A stretch of DNA of 37,560 nucleotides. Source: Comamonadaceae bacterium (lineage in GTDB: Bacteria > Pseudomonadota > Gammaproteobacteria > Burkholderiales > Burkholderiaceae_C). Every line of letters starts with the position of its first letter. Position 1 is the stretch's first letter. Positions 21,954-30,707 of this stretch are shown one piece after another. The position numbers and the translations under genes were made by a program. The stretch is taken from NCBI GenBank assembly GCA_947458415.1, contig CANGZG010000001.1, positions 1 to 37,560 of the forward strand, in the 5' to 3' direction. Below the pieces are notes generated by a model that saw nothing but the letters and a program-made list of their open reading frames with translations, was not told where the DNA came from and ran no database searches.

Positions 21954-21983
21954 TGTCAATTGAAGTTGACATTACAAGATGTC
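21954..21983. promoter_or_regulatory. PpsR operator between the divergent bchH and tspO genes
   Basis: Perfect TGTCAATTGAAGTTGACA (21954-21971); TGTC half-site 8 bp later at 21980. Confidence 0.85.
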
Positions 21984-22029
21984 TTGAAGAATTTCTAACT
22001 AGGGAAAACCCTTTAAAACGGAAAATACG

Positions 22030-22575
22030 ATGAATGACTTTGACAGAACCGGTTCGGCGAGCGCTGCGACAGCGTTGAGCCGCAGTTCACCCAACATCAA
22101 GACCCATTGGCGCAGTTTGCTGGTGGCGTTCGTGGTCAGTTTCGCCGTGGCGGGCATCGGTTCGTGGCTGACTGTCTTGGATGCCTGGTATTTCCAACTC
22201 AAACAACCGCCTTGGAAACCACCTGACGCCGCATTTGGCGCCATTTGGTCAACGATTTTCAGTTTGTGCGCGATCAGCGCTTGGATGGGGTGGCATGCCT
22301 GTTTGTCAGGCCAAGAGCGTTTTCAGTGGCTGGCTTTGTGGGCGCTGAACGCGTTTTGCAATGTGTTTTGGAGCGTCATTTATTTCAAATGGCACCGGCC
22401 AGATTGGTCGCTGATTGAACTTTTGTTTTTATGGCAAAGCATTTTTTTATTGATAATATTTATTTACCCGCGCCGCCGTGCTGCCGCGCTGTTGTTGCTG
22501 CCCTATGGGGTGTGGGTCACCACCGCCGGGTTTTTAAACCATTCGACCATTTCGCTCAACGGCCCGTTTGGCTGA
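22030..22575 (+). CDS. tspO: TspO/MBR tryptophan-rich sensory protein
   Basis: WY..LK.P.W.PP..AFG.IW, N..WS..YF....PD and LL.PY..W...A..LN motifs. Confidence 0.93.
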   Translation: MNDFDRTGSASAATALSRSSPNIKTHWRSLLVAFVVSFAVAGIGSWLTVLDAWYFQLKQPPWKPPDAAFGAIWSTIFSLCAISAWMGWHACLSGQERFQWLALWALNAFCNVFWSVIYFKWHRPDWSLIELLFLWQSIFLLIIFIYPRRRAAALLLLPYGVWVTTAGFLNHSTISLNGPFG

Positions 22576-22704
22576 CGGGCTGTCGCTTTACTTGAGCGTC
22601 AACCTAGGGTATCTGTCATCCGTTGTGGGTGCATACCGCGGTGTAAGCAAGAATACCGGGGTAGTTCCCCACTCGGGGCCATTTCAATCATCGGAGATAT
22701 TCAT

Positions 22705-23010
22705 ATGACAAGTCGTCGCGAATTCGTAGTTCAGCTCGGCGTGGGTGCCACAGCTTTGTTGGCTGGTGGCCAAGTGTTTGCACAAGCCATGGTGGACGAA
22801 AAAGATGGACAGGCCGCGGCCCTGGGTTACAAAGCCGACACCAGCAAAGTCGATAACAAAAAATTTGCCTCACACAAATCAGACCAAAACTGTGCCAACT
22901 GCGCGTTGTTCCAAGGCAAAGCCAGTGACAAAGCGGGCGGTTGTCCTTTGTTTGCAGGCAAAAATGTGGCAGCTGCCGGTTGGTGCAGTGCCTGGGCCAA
23001 AAAAGGCTGA
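22705..23010 (+). CDS. High-potential iron-sulfur protein (HiPIP), Tat-exported
   Basis: SRREF Tat signal; A.ALGY, CANC..F.G......GCPLF.GK.V...GWCSAW (four Cys ligands); GGAGA RBS. Confidence 0.95.
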   Translation: MTSRREFVVQLGVGATALLAGGQVFAQAMVDEKDGQAAALGYKADTSKVDNKKFASHKSDQNCANCALFQGKASDKAGGCPLFAGKNVAAAGWCSAWAKKG

Positions 23011-23037
23011 TCCGGTTCTCGGTTTTCATTTTTCCCC

Positions 23038-23071
23038 AAACCCCTGTGGTCACAAGCCCCAGGGGTTTTTT
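23038..23071 (+). terminator. Intrinsic terminator after the HiPIP gene
   Basis: AAACCCCTG...CAGGGGTTT inverted repeat followed by a T-run. Confidence 0.8.
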
Positions 23072-23131
23072 GCATCCCACCGCGACTGACATGCGTTGGC
23101 AGGTGCTATGCTTGTCAGGGTATACCCCTTA

Positions 23132-23160
23132 TTGTCAACTTCAATTGACACATTTAAGCT
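23132..23160 (+). promoter_or_regulatory. Sigma70-like promoter of dxs overlapped by a PpsR operator
   Basis: TTGTCA-N17-TAAGCT; perfect TGT-N12-ACA at 23133-23150 covers the -35 element and spacer. Confidence 0.78.
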
Positions 23161-23210
23161 AGTCGGTGAGTGCCCATTGCCCAGTGGCAACTACCGCAGG
23201 AGAAGGCCAC

Positions 23211-25109
23211 ATGACCCCATTGTTAGACAGTATCAAAACGCCTGCGGATGTCAGGCGGCTGTCCAGCGCGCAATTACCGACCTTGGCCAATGAGTTGCGC
23301 AGTTTCTTGATTGAAACCGTTGGCAAGACCGGCGGCCATTTCAGCTCGAATTTGGGCACGGTGGAATTGACCGTGGCTTTGCACCATGTGTTCAACACGC
23401 CCCATGATCGGTTGGTCTGGGATGTGGGGCACCAAACCTATCCTCACAAAATATTGACCGGTCGCCGCGATCGCATGGGCAGCCTGCGCCAACTCGGTGG
23501 CGTCGCCGGTTTCCCCAAGCGCGATGAAAGCGAGTACGACGCGTTCGGCACCGCGCATTCCTCCACCAGCATTTCTGCCGCGCTGGGCATGGCCATGGCG
23601 GCCAAACAAAAAGGCGAGCAGCGCCACTGCGTGGCCATCATCGGTGACGGCGCCATGACCGCTGGCATGGCCTTTGAGGCCATGAACAACGCAGGCGTGT
23701 CGGACTGCAACATGCTGGTCATCCTGAACGACAACGACATGTCCATCAGTCCACCCGTGGGCGCGCTGAACCGTTACTTGGCGCAATTGATGAGCGGGCG
23801 TTTTTACACCACCGCCAAAGAGGTCGGCCGTCAAGTGTTGAAAAACGCGCCGCCCTTGTTTGAACTCGCGCGTCGCTTAGAACACCAAACCAAGGGCTTG
23901 ATATTGCCAGCCACCTTGTTTGAAAAATTTGGTTTCAATTACATCGGGCCGATCGATGGCCACGATTTGGAAGCGTTGACTTCGACACTGCAAAACATCA
24001 AGCAGCTGAATGGCCCGCAGTTCTTGCATGTGGTCACCCGCAAAGGACAGGGCTACAAACTCGCCGAAGCCGATCCGATTGCCTACCACGGCCCCGGCAA
24101 ATTTGATCCCAAAGTGGGTTTGCTGCCGCCTGCCACGGCGCCCAAACACACATTCAGTCAGGTGTTTGGCCGGTGGTTGTGTGACATGGCCGAACAAGAC
24201 CCGCGGTTGGTTGCCATCACACCAGCCATGCGCGAAGGCTCGGGCATGGTCGAGTTCCATCAACGCTTCCCTGACCGTTACCACGATGTCGGCATTGCCG
24301 AACAACACGCACTCACGTTTGCAGCGGGTTTGGCTTGCGAAGGTTTGAAGCCAGTGGTGGCCATTTATTCCACGTTCTTGCAACGCGCCTACGACCAGTT
24401 GATCCATGATGTGGCCTTGCAAAAATTGCCCATGGTGCTGGCGCTTGACCGCGCCGGTATCGTCGGTGCTGACGGGCCAACGCACGCAGGTGTGTACGAC
24501 ATCCCGTTTTTACGTTGCGTGCCCCAAGTGAGTATTGCCTGTCCCGCAGATGAAAACGAATGCCGCATGCTGCTGAGCACCGCACATGCCCAAGACCACA
24601 CGGTGGCCGTGCGTTATCCCCGCGGTGCAGGGGCGGGCACGGCACAAGCCGCCGGCTTGACCAGCTTGCCGTTTGGCAAAGGCGAGATCCGCAGACAAGG
24701 TCAATCGGTGGCGATATTGGCGTTTGGCACCTTGCTGTACCCCGCGCTGCAAGCGGCCGAGGCGCTGAACGCCACAGTGGTGAACATGCGCTGGGCCAAA
24801 CCCTTGGACACCGAGTTGTTGCTTCAAGTGGCAGCCCATCACCAGGCCTTGGTCACGGTGGAAGAGGGCGCGCTCATGGGTGGGGCGGGTTCGGCGGTGC
24901 TCGAGGCTTTGCAAGACGCCCACATCAACTTGCCGGTGCTGCGAATCGGTGTGCCCGATGTGTTCACGGACCATGGCGACCCGAACAAAATCTTGGCCGG
25001 CTTGGGCTTGGATGCGGCAGGTATCGAAGGGTCTGTGCGCGGTCGCTTTAACCATTTGATCAGCACGGACGACAAGACCAACGCGGGCAATCTCAAATTG
25101 GTTGGCTGA
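23211..25109 (+). CDS. dxs: 1-deoxy-D-xylulose-5-phosphate synthase
   Basis: [36 protein letters not shown] motif, [21 protein letters not shown]. Start at ATG 23211 with an AGGAGA RBS. Confidence 0.97.
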   Translation: MTPLLDSIKTPADVRRLSSAQLPTLANELRSFLIETVGKTGGHFSSNLGTVELTVALHHVFNTPHDRLVWDVGHQTYPHKILTGRRDRMGSLRQLGGVAGFPKRDESEYDAFGTAHSSTSISAALGMAMAAKQKGEQRHCVAIIGDGAMTAGMAFEAMNNAGVSDCNMLVILNDNDMSISPPVGALNRYLAQLMSGRFYTTAKEVGRQVLKNAPPLFELARRLEHQTKGLILPATLFEKFGFNYIGPIDGHDLEALTSTLQNIKQLNGPQFLHVVTRKGQGYKLAEADPIAYHGPGKFDPKVGLLPPATAPKHTFSQVFGRWLCDMAEQDPRLVAITPAMREGSGMVEFHQRFPDRYHDVGIAEQHALTFAAGLACEGLKPVVAIYSTFLQRAYDQLIHDVALQKLPMVLALDRAGIVGADGPTHAGVYDIPFLRCVPQVSIACPADENECRMLLSTAHAQDHTVAVRYPRGAGAGTAQAAGLTSLPFGKGEIRRQGQSVAILAFGTLLYPALQAAEALNATVVNMRWAKPLDTELLLQVAAHHQALVTVEEGALMGGAGSAVLEALQDAHINLPVLRIGVPDVFTDHGDPNKILAGLGLDAAGIEGSVRGRFNHLISTDDKTNAGNLKLVG

Positions 25110-25149
25110 TAAAATTTTCGGCTTAACTTAACTGGATTGGAGTTCGCTC

Positions 25150-26229
25150 ATGGATCGTCGTTCCGTACTAAAAAATGCAGGCATTGCAGGGGTGATCAGC
25201 GCAGGCATGGCGCCGGCCGTGCACGCACAAGAAGCCATTCGCTGGCGCTTGGCTTCCAGTTTCCCCAAATCACTGGACACCATTTACGGTTCGGCTGAGA
25301 CCTTCGCTAAAAAGGTCAACGAACTCAGCGGTGGCAAGTTTGTCATTTCTACCCATGCCGCCGGTGAACTCATGCCTCCGTTTGGCGTGGTGGATGGCGT
25401 ACAAAATGGCACGGTGGAAATGGCCCACACTGCGCCCTACTATTTCTTCGGCAAGGACGAAACATTTGCATTGGGTTGTGCGGTGCCGTTCGGACTCAAC
25501 AGCCGACAAACCACTTCTTGGATGTTTCAGGGCAACGGCTTGAAACTGATGCGCGAGTTTTACAAGCAGTACAACATCGTGAATTTCCCTGGGGGCAACA
25601 CCGGTTCGCAAATGGGTGGTTGGTTTCGCAAGGAAGTCAAATCGCTGGCAGACATCAAGGGCCTGAAGTTTCGTGTCGGCGGTTTTGCCGGCAAGGTGAT
25701 TGAGCGCATGGGCGGTGTGCCGCAAAACATGCCCGGCGGAGAGATTTACCAAGCCTTGGAAAAAGGCACGATTGACGCTGCTGAATGGATCGGTCCTTAC
25801 GACGACCAAAAATTGGGCTTCAACAAGGTGGCGCCTTTTTATTACTACCCGGGTTTTTGGGAGGGTGGCCCCGAACTCGACTTTTTCATCAACGAAAAAG
25901 CCTACAACAGTTTGTCTGCGGTCAACAAATCCATCATCGAATGCGCGTCTGCGTTTGCCCATGTGGATTGCCAAGCCAAATACGATGCGCGCAACCCTGG
26001 TGCACTGATGCAACTGGTGGCCAGCAAAACCAAGGTTTTGCCATTCCCCAAAGATGTCATGGACACCGCGTTCAAAGAGTCCATGGCTTTGTATGACGAG
26101 TTGAGCGCCAAAAACCCGAACTGGAAAAAGGTGTACGCGGACTATTCAGCGTTTCGCAAACAACAAAACCTGTGGTTCCGTTTTTCAGAGGCCTCGTTTG
26201 ACAGGTACATGCAAAGCGTCAAGCTCTGA
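25150..26229 (+). CDS. dctP: TRAP transporter substrate-binding protein, TakP-like (alpha-keto acid) subfamily
   Basis: MDRRS Tat-like signal, WRLASSFPKSLD, GNTG.QMGGWFRKE, ALEKGTIDAAEW.GPYDD.KLGF. Confidence 0.9.
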   Translation: MDRRSVLKNAGIAGVISAGMAPAVHAQEAIRWRLASSFPKSLDTIYGSAETFAKKVNELSGGKFVISTHAAGELMPPFGVVDGVQNGTVEMAHTAPYYFFGKDETFALGCAVPFGLNSRQTTSWMFQGNGLKLMREFYKQYNIVNFPGGNTGSQMGGWFRKEVKSLADIKGLKFRVGGFAGKVIERMGGVPQNMPGGEIYQALEKGTIDAAEWIGPYDDQKLGFNKVAPFYYYPGFWEGGPELDFFINEKAYNSLSAVNKSIIECASAFAHVDCQAKYDARNPGALMQLVASKTKVLPFPKDVMDTAFKESMALYDELSAKNPNWKKVYADYSAFRKQQNLWFRFSEASFDRYMQSVKL

Positions 26230-26243
26230 GGTAATCGCCACTC

Positions 26244-26281
26244 AAAAAAACCCCGTTGGTTAACAGCCAACGGGGTTTTTT
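26244..26281. terminator. Bidirectional intrinsic terminator between dctP and dctM
   Basis: A7-CCCCGTTGG...CCAACGGGG-T6 between convergent genes. Confidence 0.92.
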
Positions 26282-26337
26282 CTTGGGCGGGGGCAAGGCA
26301 GACTGCACTTGGGTGTCGCGGCAGTCTGCCCCCAGCC

Positions 26338-28101
26338 TCACTTGCTGGTCGAATCCTTTTCCATGGACTCTTGCATCATTTTCATCGGGTCTTCTTCCGG
26401 GGTCTGGGTGGCCTCAGCGCCTGGTTCAGGGGCTGCATAGCCAGCGGCACCGTCTTGTGTGGCGTTCATCATTTCAAGTTGAACCTGCTCAGCACTCAAA
26501 CCTTCTTCTTTGTCCAAGCCGCTGGAGACGATTTCAGGGAAGGCGATGATCAGGCCCACCATGATGATTTGGATGATGACGTAGGGCACAGCGCCCCAAT
26601 AAATCTGCATGGTCGTGACCGGCGGAATTTCTTTTTGCGTCGGTTTGTCGAAGTACGCTTTGATCGGGGCGACGCTTCGCAGGTAAAACAGTGCAAAGCC
26701 AAACGGCGGGTGCATGAAGGACGTTTGCATGTTCACGCCAAGCAACACGCCAAACCAAATCAAATCGATGCCGAGTTTTTCTGCGACGGGGCCCAGCAAT
26801 GGCACCACGATGAACGCCAGTTCAAAAAAGTCCAAGAAGAACGCAAGTATGAAGATGAGCGTGTTGACAACAATCAGAAAACCGACTTGTCCGCCGGGCA
26901 AATCACCCAACAAATGTTCCACCCAGACATGGCCATCCACCCCCTGGAACACCAGGCTGAAACAGGTGGAGCCACTCAAGATGAAGATGACAAAACTGGA
27001 CAATTTGGTGGTCGAGGTCAATGCTTGTTTCAGCAGCGAATAGCTGAGTCGTCCGCGCACGGTGGCCATGATGATGGCGCCCAAGGCACCCATGGCGCCA
27101 CCCTCTGTGGGGGTGGCAATGCCCAAGAAAATCGTGCCCAGCACCAAAAAGATCAGCAACAGCGGTGGAATCAGCACGAAGGTGACCCGCTCGGCCATGT
27201 TGGAGAGCAAGCCCAAGCGGGTGGTTTTGTTCAGTACCGCCAGCACAAAAGCCAACAGCACGCCGCTGCAAAGTGAGACCACAATCGTTTCGTCTTTCGC
27301 CGGATTGGCACCTGTGCTGCCTTTGAAGTAGTCCACGATGGCGGGGTAGCTTTCTGCCAAGGTCACAGCAGACAAAGTACACAAAATCGTCAAGAACAAC
27401 AATGACAGCAAACCAGATTTACCGTTGTCTTCACGGATGGTGCGGGCCGACAAAGGCAAGGCAGGCACCCATTGCGGGCGGAAGATGGCCACGCCCATGA
27501 TGAACAAGACATACATGCCGGTCAGCATGAAACCTGGTATGAATGCGCCTTTGTACATTTCACCCACGCTGCGACCGAGTTGGTCAGCCAAGATGATCAA
27601 CACCAAGGAAGGTGGAATGATTTGCGCCAAGGTGCCCGAGGCAGCGATCACGCCCGAGGCGATGCGCCGGTCATAGCCGTAGCGCAACATGATGGGCAGC
27701 GAAATCAAGCCCATGGAAATGACGGATGCCGCCACCACCCCGGTGGTTGCGGCCAACAACGCACCGACAAAAATCACGGCGAAGGCCAGACCGCCACGCA
27801 CCGGTCCGAACAATTGGCCGATGGTGTCCAGCAAGTCTTCGGCCATGCCAGAGCGTTCCAATATCAAGCCCATGAGCGTGAAAAACGGGATCGCCAGCAA
27901 GGTGTCGTTTTGCATGATGCCGAAGATGCGCAATGGCAAGGCTTGCAACAAAGCCTCGGGCAACACACCGAGTTCAATACCGATGAAGCCGAAAAACAAG
28001 CCGCAAGCGCCCAAACTGAACGCCACCGGAAAGCCCAGCATCAAGAAAATGATCAGCCCCAAGAACATGATCGGGGCCAGGTTATGACTAAAGAATTCCA
28101 T
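26338..28101 (-). CDS. dctM: TRAP transporter large permease
   Basis: LLAIPFF, SGTLAQIIPPS, GIATPTEGGA, QTSFMHPPFG. Confidence 0.93.
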   Translation of the reverse strand: MEFFSHNLAPIMFLGLIIFLMLGFPVAFSLGACGLFFGFIGIELGVLPEALLQALPLRIFGIMQNDTLLAIPFFTLMGLILERSGMAEDLLDTIGQLFGPVRGGLAFAVIFVGALLAATTGVVAASVISMGLISLPIMLRYGYDRRIASGVIAASGTLAQIIPPSLVLIILADQLGRSVGEMYKGAFIPGFMLTGMYVLFIMGVAIFRPQWVPALPLSARTIREDNGKSGLLSLLFLTILCTLSAVTLAESYPAIVDYFKGSTGANPAKDETIVVSLCSGVLLAFVLAVLNKTTRLGLLSNMAERVTFVLIPPLLLIFLVLGTIFLGIATPTEGGAMGALGAIIMATVRGRLSYSLLKQALTSTTKLSSFVIFILSGSTCFSLVFQGVDGHVWVEHLLGDLPGGQVGFLIVVNTLIFILAFFLDFFELAFIVVPLLGPVAEKLGIDLIWFGVLLGVNMQTSFMHPPFGFALFYLRSVAPIKAYFDKPTQKEIPPVTTMQIYWGAVPYVIIQIIMVGLIIAFPEIVSSGLDKEEGLSAEQVQLEMMNATQDGAAGYAAPEPGAEATQTPEEDPMKMMQESMEKDSTSK

Positions 28102-28115
28102 GGTGTGGTCCCGTG

Positions 28116-28721
28116 TCAGTTGGTGTGGGGAAGGGATTTGGCTTCGGCCAATTTGCGAATTTCTTCAGCCAGTTCTTCTTCGGCGGATTTTTCGCCGGGC
28201 TTGAGCGTCGGGTCTGGGATGATTCCTTTGAGGAAGGCGACGCGCTTGATCAATTCGGACATGCCTTGCAACCACAACAAGCCAAAGCCCAGCGGGATCA
28301 TGGCGTACACCGGCCAACGGATCAAGCCACCAGCGTTGGAAGACATTTCACCGCTGACGAGGCCTTTCCAGAAAAACGGCACACCAAACCACATCACGGC
28401 AGTGCACATGGGCAGCATGAAACAGGCAAAGCCAAAAATGTCGATTTGGGTTTGGGTGCGCCGTGTGAAGCGCGAATACACCACGTCGATTTTGACGTGC
28501 TCGTTTTGCAGCAAGGTGTAGCAAGAGGCCAGCAAAAACGACGCCGCAAACAAATACCACTGCACCTCCAAGAACGCGTTGGAGCTGTTGTTGAAAATTT
28601 TGCGTACCAAGGCGTTGATGGCGCTGATGAGGGTGGCCGCCAAGATCAACCAAATCACGTAGCGGTTGATCCAAGTGTTGAATCTGTCAACCGCGTTAGA
28701 AAAAGCGAGTAATCCCTGCAT
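28116..28721 (-). CDS. dctQ: TRAP transporter small permease
   Basis: Four TM segments; LE.QWYLFA, EHVKID, GE.S..AGGL..WP. Confidence 0.92.
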   Translation of the reverse strand: MQGLLAFSNAVDRFNTWINRYVIWLILAATLISAINALVRKIFNNSSNAFLEVQWYLFAASFLLASCYTLLQNEHVKIDVVYSRFTRRTQTQIDIFGFACFMLPMCTAVMWFGVPFFWKGLVSGEMSSNAGGLIRWPVYAMIPLGFGLLWLQGMSELIKRVAFLKGIIPDPTLKPGEKSAEEELAEEIRKLAEAKSLPHTN

Positions 28722-28781
28722 AGCCGGCTCCGTGGTAAGGGCAAGCGCGCATTCTATGCGCCTAGGTATGCACTTAAAAGC

Positions 28782-29891
28782 CTAGTGGCTGTTCTTGCGC
28801 GACAGCTTGCGGTAAAGGGTGGCACGGCTGATGCCCAGGGCTTTGGCCGCCTGCGCCACGTTGCCTTTGGCGTGGGCAACCGCTGTGTTGATCATGGCCA
28901 ATTGGATTTGTTGCAGCGCGCCTGTAGTAGCCGGTTGTGACGGGTTGTTGCAATCATGCTGCAAACAACTGCGCACCTGCAAGTTCAAGCCAGACCACAG
29001 CGGTACATCCATGGTTTGAGACCGGTTGGCGCCGTCAAACAGCAAACCCGTGGGAATGGCAAACAAGTCGCTGGCATGTGGGGTGCTTTCGCCCACCATG
29101 TGCAGCATCTCGCGGGCCAACCTGTTGGCGCCCAACACTTCGCCATCGCTGTTGAGCAGCACCAAGCCGTCGTTGTCGTCACCCATCAAGCGGCCAGGCC
29201 AATTCAAGCGCAACAACAAATGGTGAGCTTGGCTCAGCAAATAAGCGTTGCTGATGCTGCGGGCAGACAAGGCCGCCAAATGCATCAGTTCGGGGCGTTC
29301 TTGGGTCATCACAGCGGTCAAGTCCAGCATGCCGATGCACTCGCCTTGGCCGTTCCATAACGGTGCTCCAGCGCAGCTGTAAACCGAGGTGTCTTTGAAG
29401 AAGTGCTCACCCCGGTGAAGCCAGACGGGTTTTTGTTCGATCAATGCCGCGCAAATGGCCGAGGTGCCAACCGCCTGCTCGCTCAAATCGATGCCGATGC
29501 GTGCAATCACATCGACCCGCCGGTCGTGCCGGTCGACACCTGCACCGACGTCGATCACCACGCCTTGCGCATCGGTGATCAGCGGAAAAAACGACGTGCC
29601 GGCGATCGCCCGTCCCAAACGCTCAAGCTCCGGGCGCGCGGCTTGGATCAGCTCGTGGTTTTGGTCAAGTGTGCGTTTGACATGCGCGCCAGACAAGGGG
29701 TCGAAACCGACTTGGTAATGCGGTTGCATGCCTTGCGCTAAACAGCGTTGCCAGCTTTGGCTGATCCAGTCGGCAACCAAGGGTGAATGCGTGTCGCCGT
29801 CATGCATGATGGCGGTTCTGGCCTGCTCTAGCTGAGACAGTCGTTGGACGGTGACGGAGGTGGTGCTCATGTACAGGTCACTGTCGGGCAT
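28782..29891 (-). CDS. AcoR-like GAF/PAS regulator with Fis-type HTH, lacking the sigma54 AAA+ domain
   Basis: SWQRC, E..VGT.AI, EHF...SCAGAP GAF motifs; GNVAQAAKALGISRATLYRKL HTH; no Walker A or GAFTGA. Start at 29891 or 29870. Confidence 0.85.
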   Translation of the reverse strand: MPDSDLYMSTTSVTVQRLSQLEQARTAIMHDGDTHSPLVADWISQSWQRCLAQGMQPHYQVGFDPLSGAHVKRTLDQNHELIQAARPELERLGRAIAGTSFFPLITDAQGVVIDVGAGVDRHDRRVDVIARIGIDLSEQAVGTSAICAALIEQKPVWLHRGEHFFKDTSVYSCAGAPLWNGQGECIGMLDLTAVMTQERPELMHLAALSARSISNAYLLSQAHHLLLRLNWPGRLMGDDNDGLVLLNSDGEVLGANRLAREMLHMVGESTPHASDLFAIPTGLLFDGANRSQTMDVPLWSGLNLQVRSCLQHDCNNPSQPATTGALQQIQLAMINTAVAHAKGNVAQAAKALGISRATLYRKLSRKNSH

Positions 29892-29907
29892 GGCGCTGAC
29901 GCGCCGC

Positions 29908-30294
29908 TTACCGCCACCCCAGCCATTCAACCGTTTTGATGCCAGCCAAGGTCAGCGCCAACGAGCCGAACAAATGTAAACCGGCCGTCAACAGCGCCGT
30001 CGCGTAGCGGGCATTCAGCAGCATCTGCACCACCTCACTGCTGAACGAGGAAAACGTGGTCAATGCACCGAGGAAACCGGTGACCAGCAGCAGGCGCCAC
30101 AACGGGTCAAGCTCGGGCATCTGCTGAAACACCGCGACACAGACACCGACCAGGTAGCCGCCGATCAAATTGGCACAGAGCGTGCCCCAAGGCAGCCAAC
30201 CCAGCATATTGAAGTGAACACTCAGTTGCCAGCGTGCCAATGCACCCAAACAAGCCCCTGTACAAATGGCAATCACAGCAGCCATGGCACTCAC
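29908..30294 (-). CDS. crcB: Fluoride efflux channel Fluc/CrcB
   Basis: GA..GA..RW, PWGTL.AN..G, TGFLGALTTFSSFS.E. Start is GTG 30294 or ATG 30285. Confidence 0.96.
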   Translation of the reverse strand: MSAMAAVIAICTGACLGALARWQLSVHFNMLGWLPWGTLCANLIGGYLVGVCVAVFQQMPELDPLWRLLLVTGFLGALTTFSSFSSEVVQMLLNARYATALLTAGLHLFGSLALTLAGIKTVEWLGWR

Positions 30295-30359
30295 CCAGAT
30301 AAAAAATGCATTATCAACGCTCGGCTGGCGTGGCGGCTTCAGGGCCGCATAATCCGCGC

Positions 30360-30704
30360 ATGAAAAAAACTTATCCCTTGCATGTGGAAGGACGGCATCC
30401 TGACAGGGTGCTCGATGCCATCAAACACGATGTGCGGAAATATTTAAAACGCGAGCGCCGCCGACCTTTGCCTGCCGAGGTGGACTTTTGGGACTTTCAA
30501 TGCCAATTCGGACCCAGTGCAGACGAAGCCTTGCCAGTGCATTTGTCTGAGGTGATTGCATCGATTGACGCGGCGGCCAAAGCGCAAGCCACGCAGGTGT
30601 ATGTGGAAATCATCACCTGCCATGGCAAACGCAAACCGAGACCGGTGTTGCCCGAGGTCGCTTTGCTGCCGATGGACGACGACAAAAACGATTTACCCGA
30701 GTAA
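30360..30704 (+). CDS. Conserved hypothetical protein (DUF6172-like)
   Basis: MKKT........P.R...AIKH..RKY.KRERR..LP..VDFWDF.C.FG pattern. The family name is from recall, not a search. Confidence 0.75.
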   Translation: MKKTYPLHVEGRHPDRVLDAIKHDVRKYLKRERRRPLPAEVDFWDFQCQFGPSADEALPVHLSEVIASIDAAAKAQATQVYVEIITCHGKRKPRPVLPEVALLPMDDDKNDLPE

Positions 30705-30707
30705 GCC

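Noticed and set aside
27472-28521. 349-aa plus-strand ORF
   Set aside because: Antisense shadow of dctM/dctQ.
30286-30360. Fluoride riboswitch upstream of crcB
   Set aside because: The leader is too short and I could not find the crcB-motif conserved segments; an Rfam/Infernal scan would settle it.
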